From Bilabrum cf. latius (taxonomy: Eukaryota): a stretch of 64,000 bases of DNA. The position numbers and the translations under genes are program-made. The notes beneath the pieces were generated by a model, which was given only the letters and a program-made list of their open reading frames with translations, was not told the origin of the DNA and searched no databases. The DNA lies in assembly GCA_965178125.1 (NCBI GenBank), contig OZ237753.1, forward strand, positions 992,001-1,056,000, read 5' to 3'. Below are positions 50,001 through 64,000 of this stretch, in pieces (the stretch's first letter is position 1; every line of letters begins with the position of its first letter).

Positions 50001-51427
50001 GCGTGGCAGTGGCTGCATCTGACCCTGGACATGGAGCTGTGCTTGCCACCGTGCTTTGTGACCATCTCGCGCAAGCAGCTAGAATCGTGCTGGCGAGGGC
50101 AGCTGGCGCCCCAGCAGAGCTGTCTGCCGGTGCATCCTCTGCGCTGGGACGTGCTGCCGCCCTTCTTGGCCTGTGCAGAGCAGTGAGTGTGGTGGGGCCC
50201 CCTGCTGCGTGGGCTAGCATGCAGCAGAGTCTGCCGATTCTAGAGGCCATCCTCGATGCGTGGCCGGGGGGTGGCCTCGAAAAGACGGTCGGGCTGTGGA
50301 GTCGAGTGGAGAGTGAGCGCGCCGCCCCTGGCTTGGAGGCGCAGGTGCTGCGAGGCGTGGTCACGGCCAGGAGCAAAGTCAGTGGGAGCGCCGGGAGCGG
50401 GGCGGCGCTGGGGGAAGCCGTGAGACTCGTGGTGGGCAGGGTGGGCTCCACTTGGTCGAACGGCATCGCGGCGCATAAGGCTCGCAGGTGGCGGTCCCAC
50501 CGGCCCGAGTCGTCATCCCTGTGTGGCCAGGGAGGGGCCACTGACTTGCATCAGGGAGGGCGAGTGCTCGAGGCAAACGCAGGGGGGATGGGGGCTTGTT
50601 TGCGGCAGGTGGGACTCATGTACCGCATGCTAGTGCACCCATAGAACTGGCTAGCGGAGCGAAGGCTCGTGAACCGCATCCAGGCGGCAGAAGCGAGCAG
50701 GACAGGCCACGACGGGACGGGCGAAACCGTGCCAGCCGCCTACCCCCTCGCCGATGTGGGCAGTTCGGTGCAGCGGGGCGACTGGCCTACGCCAGTGCCT
50801 GCAGGGCTCCAAGCATCGGCTCAGAAACAGTCGAAACCACCGCTCTCCGCCGCAGTGGCTGCCACTGCTGGAGCGTGGTGGACGAGGGAGGCAACATCAC
50901 CTTCACCGCACGGAGCTGCTAGAGCCCCGGTGAAGCGGCAGACCACTGCTGTACGGAAGGTGGACTCGGATCGGTTCGGCAGGTTCCATTCCATTTGCAG
51001 GCCTCCGTTCTGTGCGCCGCAGCCTGAGCCCGATGTTTCCGGAGGTCTTCCGTTCAGAGCGGCGATGGCGTCGGGGGCTGCTGGTGCGGCGGCTGGGGGG
51101 CGGGCAGGGGCGGAGGCACAAGTCGCTGACCAGCTACAGGCGATGAGGCGCGTGCTCTCGCAACCGGCATGCCTGCCTGTTGCTCTCGCGCGAGCTCTGG
51201 GTGCGGGTGCCGCTGGTGCTGGTCGCCGGAGGGGTGCCTCGGAATCATCGGTCGATCTGTTCGGACAAGGCAGCGGGCTCGTCGCTGCCTCAGATCCGGG
51301 CGCCCCAGGAAAAGACGCACATGATTTTGATCCGTTTGGAGATCATGATTTGGGCGACAATACTTATAAGGCTACTGCCGGAGGGCACGATCCCGATGCG
51401 GACGAGGTGGACTTGCTAGGGTTCTGA
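47045..51427 (+). CDS. DENN-domain protein (putative Rab GEF) with C-terminal endocytic motifs
   Basis: ATG 47045; uDENN-like YFDCIALFG..GKILRSFP; intron 47506-47598 gives IAVVSRVPCQRF; cDENN LLVHALLSERRVLV..LMALLAPLRWAHTAVPWLP..LLAAPQPWFVGM. Seven TAGs (47741, 48545, 48629, 49055, 49463, 49565, 50642). Tail VDLFG, FDPFG, VDLLGF; TGA 51425. Confidence 0.8.
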
Positions 51428-51597
51428 ACAACCGAATAGATCTGCTTGGGATTTTGTGTGACTGTGCGTCTCACAGGTACTCAAAACGATTAAATCCAGA
51501 TTAAGAAAATGCGGCGGCGCGCACTAGATCGTGCAAAAAAAATAACTCCAAGTATTGGCATAGGGGGCCATCATACCTGCGGTACCAAATTCACTCG

Positions 51598-54500
51598 TCA
51601 TGTCTCTTCGTCCATGTAGGTTTCCATGGGTGGGCAGGTGCACACGAGGTTCCTGTCACCATACACGTTGTCTACCCTCCCCGTGGTGGGCCAGAACTTG
51701 TTCTGCCGAGACCAAGGGGCGGGGTATGCGCCGTGCTCCCTGGGGTACTTCCTCTCCCACTCGTTTGCCGTAACGACCGCGGCCGTGTGGGGCGCGTGCC
51801 TCAGGGGCGAATCCTCGATGGCATAGCGCCCTTCCTCCACGTCGCGGATCTCCTTGCGGATGAGAATCATGGCGTCGCAGAACCTGTCCAGCTCAGCGCG
51901 GTCCTCCGACTCGGTGGGTTCGATCATCAGAGTCCCGGGCACAGGCCAGCTCATGGTCGGCGCGTGGAACCCGTAGTCGATGAGTCGCTTGGCCACGTCC
52001 TCCTCGGTGACCCCCGCGGCCTTGAATGGTCGCAGGTCCACAATGAACTCATGGGCCACCTGTCCCTTGTCTCCCCGGAACAATACCTTGTAGTCGTTCT
52101 GCAGCTTGTGGGCCATGTAGTTTGCGTTCAAAATGGCCAGCTGGGTGGCGCTCATGAGACCCTTGTCGCCCAGCATCTCGATGTACATCCACGAGATGGG
52201 TAGAATCAGCGAGGATCCATACGGGGCAGCAGACACTGCTCCATCCCTCTTGGGGGTCACGTTGTCGCCGTCGCCGCCAGTGGGCACCACGGGGTGACCC
52301 GGCAGGTACGGGGCAAGGTGCTTGGCCACCCCGATGCTGCCCACGCCCGGCCCTCCGCCTCCGTGGGGGATGCAGAACGTCTTGTGCAGATTCAGGTGGC
52401 ACACATCGGCTCCGATGCTGCCCGGGGACGTGAGGCCCACCTGTGCATTCATGTTGGCTCCATCCATGTACACCTGCCCGCCCCTCTCGTGGATGAGCGC
52501 GCACACGTCCTGGATGCCCTCCTCGAACTTGCCGTACGTGCTGGGGTACGTCACCATGAGGGCCGCCAGGTTGTCCTTGTGCTTGTCTGCCTTGGCCAGC
52601 AGGTCATCCATGTCCACATTCCCCTCGCTGTCGTTCTTCACGACCACCACCTTCATGCCTGCCATCACTGCGCTCGCGGGGTTGGTGCCGTGGGCCGACT
52701 GCGGGATGAGACACACGTTGCGGTGCCCCTCCCCGTTCGCCTCGTGGTAGGCCTGGATGCACTGCAGACCCGCGTACTCGCCCTGGGCCCCGCTGTTGGG
52801 CTGTTGCGATACTGCGGCGAACCCAGTGATGGTGGCGAGGTGCTCGGCCAGCGAAGAGATGAGCTCGTGGTACCCTGCCGCCTGGTCCGTGGGTGCGAAG
52901 GGGTGCATGTCGGTGAACTCGCGCCACGTGACGGGCATCATCTCGGCGGTGGCGTTCAGCTTCATGGTGCACGACCCCAGCGAGATCATGCTGTTGCACA
53001 GGGACACGTCCCTCATCTGCAGCTCGTACAGGTACCGCAGTAGCTGCGTCTCGCTGCGATGCGTGTTGAACACGGGGTGCGTCATGTACTCCGACTGGCG
53101 ATCCAGGCCACTGCCCCACGTCATGGCCTCGGGAGCGCACGCTGCTTCCGCGAGCCTCTCGAAGGAGCTGCCGGGAGCGAGGGGGTCTGATTCATCGATC
53201 ACGGCAGGGGAGCCGAAGACCCGCAGCAGCTCGACCACATCAGCGGCCTGCGTTGTCTCATCCAGGGCAATTCCCACCCGGTGTGGCTCCTCGTTGCCTT
53301 CCAGCGGCTCCTCAATGAGCCTAAGGTTGTACCCAGCCGCGCGCGCATCTCCCACCAGCTGCTCCGCCGTCCGCCCAGTCGCGGACGAGGACACGTCCAC
53401 GTCGAGCGTGTCGAAGAACCCGCGGCCCAGGGAAATGTCGCAGCCTGCCTCGCGCAGACCAGCAGCCAGCACCAGAGCCTGTGCCCTGACCCTCTCGGCG
53501 ATTGCACGGATGCCCTCGGGCCCGTGGTAGATGCCGTACGCGGCTGCCATGTTGGCGAGCAGAGCCTGCGCTGTGCAGATGTTGCTGGTGGCTCTATCTC
53601 TCCGGATGTGCTGCTCCCTCGTCTGCATGGCCATCCGCAGTGCCCTTCCGTCCTGCGCATCCTTGCTTACGCCAATGATGCGCCCCGGCATGCGCCTCTG
53701 GTGCTTGGTCGTGGTGGCCAAGAAGGCTGCGTGCGGGCCGCCGTACCCCATGGGCACGCCGAACCGCTGCGCCAGGCCGACTGCGATGTCTGCGCCCCAC
53801 TCCCCGGGGGGCGTCAGCATCGTGAGAGAGAGCAGATCGCAGGCAGCCACGACGAGCGTCTTGTGCTCCTTGGCCGCCGCTGCCACCTCCTGCAGGTTGG
53901 TGACGTGCCCGTATGTGTTGGGGTACTGCACCAGCACGCCGCTGTACTCGCCGCTGGAGAACTTGCCGCTCTTGGCAGCCGCATGCACGTCACCCACGTC
54001 GATGGTGATGCCAAATCCCCTGGCTCTGGTCTGCAGCAGGGCAATGTTTTGCGGGTGGCAGTCCTCGGCCACGAAAAACTTGGAGCGCTTCCCGTTGAAC
54101 ACGCCGTGGCAGAGGCTCATCGCTTCCGCTGCGGCTGTGGACTCGTCCAGCAACGAGGCGTTGGACATGTCCATGCCAGTCAGGTCCGCCACCATGGTCT
54201 GGAAGTTCAGGAGCAGCTCCAGCCGGCCCTGGGAGATCTCGGCCTGGTACGGCGTGTAGCTCGTGTACCACGCCGGGTTCTCGAGCAGGTTGCGCTGGAT
54301 CACCGCGGGGGTCACAGTGCCGTTGTAGCCCATCCCAATGTACGACTTGAGCACGACGTTCTTCTCAGCGATCTTCCTCAGCTTGGCGAGGGCGGCCTGC
54401 TCCGTCATGGGGTCCTGCAGCCCGAGCGGCGTACCGAGCCGGATTCGGGCGGGAACGGTAGCATCTGTGAATTCTTCGAGCGACGTGTACGAACCGGCTA

Positions 54501-55130
54501 CCTTCAGCATCTCGGCAAATTCGTGTGGTCGTGGCCCGATGTGCCTCCCTTCAAATGCATCTGGCTGTGGCTCCAGCCGGGCAACTGCCGGACTGCGTGC
54601 AGGGCCTGACGGCGAAGCGGCCGCCGCCGACATAGAAGCTACCTGATTGGTCCATCCCTGCAACGATTGCATGAAATAGTAGAATGAATGAACTACAGCG
54701 TCTACGGAGGCGGTACATGGACCTGTCTTCCCACAACAAGATCTGGAACAGTGACGCACGCACTTTCGCGCCGGTCCCCTGGCACACGATGCAGGATTGT
54801 TAAGGATACGTTTTAGCGTCCAACCATAATATATACCATAGTTAATCAACACAGAACCAGCCAAATCACAAACGTCGGCATCAATTAGCATTCAGATCCA
54901 CCCGGCGAATCGAGGAACTGACGGGCGCAATTTCGAGTCTGTTGACGCGTCAATTGTTTGCATTTCAAAACAAGCACCCCGCAAATCGGTACGCAATAAC
55001 AATTATATGCCTACCATGACCTGTCAACGCAATAGGAGTAACTAACCAGCGGGAGCGCGCGAGTAATCCGGGACGGAATCTTCGACAGTGCCCTCGCAAG
55101 CGACGCAGATCGAGACTGGAATCTGTACAT
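51598..55130 (-). CDS. GLDC: glycine dehydrogenase (decarboxylating), glycine cleavage system P protein, mitochondrial
   Basis: Main exon about 54657-51598 with [56 protein letters not shown]-lysine [18 protein letters not shown] and [18 protein letters not shown]. Probable exon 1 at 55130-55047 ([28 protein letters not shown], transit-peptide-like, GTTAG donor); micro-exons between them not excluded. No internal TAG. Confidence 0.95.
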
Positions 55131-55461
55131 GCTCGACTGCTAATTAGTCAAAGATGGTAGCGAGATACAAGCAGCCGCGGCAGCGACCCCAGACGGCGAG
55201 AAAAGGTGCAGCGTCACTGCTTGATATTTTGAGTTAAGACGCCGCAAGGCGCGGCGGTTCCGCAACTGCCACGCGGGCCGGCCTTTATCAGGGTGACGGA
55301 TCCCCCGGGAGTTAGAGCTCTACTTGTACATACAATGAACATACAGCAGTGGCTAGGTGAAGCCAATGACATCAGGGTAGCCTGGCGGCGAGGGCTTGCT
55401 CGCCCAGATCGTCAATGCCACGGAAGACTCAAGGCACAAGCTGGTGCACGTTGCAATACCG

Positions 55462-57109
55462 TCATGAAAAGCGGGGGTCGCCGCGCCCCCCTCCCACGCC
55501 ACTGCCAGCCGGAGCGTATGGCTAAGTGGGGTCGTAAGCATCCATTCCACCGCTGGACGAACTAGCGGACACAGGGTAAGCTGCTGAAGACGAAGACGAG
55601 GCCATCGGCGCAGACCCTATCGGGTAGGCCTGGGAGCTAGTCGGTTGGGGTGCAGCGTACTGCATTGTAGGTGGGCCTCCATGCTGCTAGCCCGATGATT
55701 CCTGCTAGCCCGGATGCGGAGGGTGATGCCCACTGGACGGAGGCATGTGCTGCGGGGGCGGGCCCTGGGGGTATGGGCTTGGGCCCGGGCCACCGCCTGG
55801 TGCACCATTCGGGGGCGGGCCCTGTGGATACTGCGGTGCCTCGTATCGGCGCTGGTACCCGTCAGGCCCAGCCTACTGGTGCTGGTGGTGGTACTAGGGT
55901 GGGGGTCCCTGCGGGGGCTGCTACGGAGGCGGGCCACCGGACTGGTACGACGGCGGAGGCAGGTGACGCTGCTCCTGCTGCGGTGGCGGGTGGCTAGGGT
56001 GGAGTGGCTGCGGCTGGCGCGGGGGCGGGCCGCCATGGCCCTGGGGCGGGCCTGTGTGAGGCCCCGCCGGAGGAGGGTATGCCGGGGGCGGGCCGCCGCT
56101 ATGGTAGGCAGCAGAGGAGTGTCCATAGCCGTTGTGCCCTGGTCGCGGAGGGCTCGATGCGGCTGGCTCCCTGGGCGGCGCGCCTCTGTCGATGCGAGAG
56201 GTGCGCTCGTCCATCTCGGTGTCCAGGGCAGCAGCGGCACGGAAAGCCGCCGGACTCTGTTGCATGGTCTATTTGGCGAAGCTGAGCATAAGCCTTCTGC
56301 ATTGCCCGCGCTCCGCCCCTGCCTCCCTCTGCGCATCTCGGTAGTCGAAGAGGTATCCGTCCAGAGCAGCAAGGGCCGCCTAGGCCTGCGGGATGCCAGC
56401 AAACTCCACGAAACACATCATTTTGGCGGATGGTCCGGCGCCTCCATCCCCTTTAGGCTTGAGCCTGACCTCGACAAGCCCTCGGAACGGCCGGAAAATG
56501 TCTGCGGTTGTCACAGGCCTTCGGAAACACTCAATACGATTCCAGACAAAATTTGGATAAAAACAATAGCCAGTCCATATATCTCACGTGAAATTTCGCG
56601 TTCAGTGGCATCTGTTGGCACGTTCTGTACGAACAGCGTTGGACTCGGTGCGCTTGCACGAGGTCGGCTGGTAGATGGCTCGCGCCTGTAGCTGCTCATC
56701 TCGCTACGCGGTCGTTTCGCTGGCCTCTCTTCGCGGCTCTATGGCTGACCCTTAGCCTTGGCGTATTGTATTCCTGCGATCGAAGAAACGATTGCCGGGC
56801 TGGCCAAATACGAATGTCAAGAGTGATAGCCCGCGATACATCGCACATCCTTTGGATGTCTCCACATGCCGTCTCACGGATTCCGTCATGAGCATCGGAA
56901 AGCTTGAATCCGTCCAGTTTCTCCAAGGCGCTTGTGGCCTGAGCTACTGAGTCAAATTCCACAAATCCCATCTTGTGTCCAGTTCTGTTGTTGCGCAGTC
57001 TCGAGGTCTTGTATCCGTTGCACGACCGGAAAACTTTTTCGAAGGCTACTTCTGGAAGATCATCGGGAATCTATCCTACATGCAGGGTTGTTGACGGAGG
57101 TTCTCCCAT
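55462..57109 (-). CDS. tandem-RRM RNA-binding protein (similar to plant nuclear speckle RNA-binding proteins) with Pro/Gln/Gly/Tyr-rich tail
   Basis: Exons 57109-56878, 56773-56588 and 56501-55462; introns 56877-56774 and 56587-56502 (GTGAG..CAG). RRM1 TLHVG*IP...MGFVEF...GIRIQYAK; RRM2 TLFVQNVPTDATEREISHIFRPF...MCFVEF...LSFAK. Ten TAGs (57071, 56739, 56380, 56269, 55921, 55894, 55873, 55705, 55687, 55522); TGA 55462-55464. Confidence 0.85.
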
Positions 57110-57276
57110 GCTTTTTCAAGTTTGTCGTGATTCATCAACGAAATCTGTATTTCAGCATCTTGTACAGTGCTATCTCAGAATGAGTTTGGTTTGCTCCTCA
57201 CCGCAGCTGGGTCCCTCTTGAGGGCAAGAGGCAGCTCAACTGCCCAATCATTTACGCAAGGTTAAAGTTGCTTTCC

Positions 57277-63119
<5,843 letters not shown>

Positions 63120-63370
63120 TGGTTTGGGCGGATGGCAACGCAAATTTTGTTGCATTGAATAAATCCAAGGTGTTCAGTTATGAGGTGCGATTTGTCTGTC
63201 GTGGTGGTTTGGTGATGGCATGGTCTGGAGCATCGACTCGAAGTCGCCGGCCCGAGCCGCGGCGGACTCGGAGCCGAGCGCGGCAATCAAGATCAAGATT
63301 CGTTCGTTCGTTCGCGGTACCCGCTTCAGATTGATCACCTTGGCCTAGGTTTGGGCATGATTCAAACACA

Positions 63371-64000
63371 ATGAAGATCACTATACGGCCATTTCTAGCG
63401 ACTGGTACCGCGCCAGCAGTATCGCTGGACGTTGATAGGCTCTCCACGACAGAAGACTTGCTTGTCGCTCTAGAGCGAAAGATCGGCATCTCCCGATGCC
63501 AAGGGCAATTAAAGACAGCAGAGGGCATGTTGATGCTTCCCGGCTCAACATGCGAACACTGCTGTCTCTCCAAAGGGGGTGAGCTGCAGGTCTCGCTGCG
63601 GTGTCCGTCGTTGCGTTCATCAGACCTGTCTCGGTAGCTTGTTGAGGTCACGCCGGTGCACTTGTCCAAACATGTTGATCCCGATTTGAAGCACGGTGTT
63701 AGGCTATCGCTAGGCTCCACCATACGGCCAGCCGACGGCTTACTATCCTGCCTCGGAGGCAAGGCGAGTGCTGCGCCGAACCCCACTGCCAGTGGCAGCA
63801 AGCTCCGACTCGTGCACTGCCCTGCAGGAGGGATGCCCCGCGAGGTGGAGTGCTCTTTGTCGTATGACAAGTTCTCGCGCACCATTGTGCTAAGACCCAC
63901 CTCGGCGCTCTCTTCGTTCCAGCGGTATCGTGTGCAAGCTATGGAAGGGGCCTTCGCTCGGATCCCGCAGGCAGGTCGAAGGCGAGGCGGGGTCGCTCCA
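63371..64000 (+). CDS. protein with N-terminal ubiquitin-like domain and possible Ig-like domain (partial)
   Basis: MKITIRPF..VSLDVDRLSTTEDLLVALERKIGI..LSKGGELQVSLR resembles a ubiquitin fold. TAG at 63635, then the frame stays open to the window end with SYDKFSRTIVLRPTSALSSFQRYRV (Ig-like beta pattern). Confidence 0.55.

Noticed and set aside
54634-54891. ORF-track N-terminus of GLDC (MLIDADVCD...)
   Set aside because: AT-richer, intron-like sequence ending in a TTGCAG acceptor at 54658-54660. A better transit-peptide exon exists at 55130-55047.
54900-55460. Possible tRNA (e.g. suppressor tRNA-Gln CUA) or other ncRNA in the largest apparent gap
   Set aside because: No cloverleaf or T-loop consensus recognisable by eye, and part of the gap is explained by GLDC exon 1. 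A tRNAscan-SE run is still needed.

Overview
GC-rich, gene-dense eukaryotic nuclear DNA from a flagellated protist. It has short GT-AG introns (mostly GTGAG donors), ~150-200 bp head-to-head intergenic gaps, and flagellar/centriolar genes (GAS8/DRC4, SFI1-like). A stramenopile-like heterotroph is my impression only. I can reconstruct about 17 protein-coding genes: WW-cNMP kinase, GAS8, TEY MAPK, MORN protein, a giant IQ/WW/ankyrin protein, kinesin-4, SFI1-like, DENN, glycine decarboxylase P, tandem-RRM, RNA polymerase III largest subunit and several orphans. The main result is an apparent non-standard nuclear genetic code. The supplied ORF track is fragmented because about 90 in-frame TAG codons (92 by hand count, in 14 of 17 genes) interrupt otherwise continuous frames, including essential RPC1. 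Where homology or local repeats are informative, TAG sits at glutamine positions. The 15 visible gene ends under this reading are TGA (13) or TAA (2), and I found no internal TAA/TGA in exons. This points to UAG=Gln with UAA and UGA kept as stops. All models were traced by hand; homolog comparisons are from memory, not from searches.
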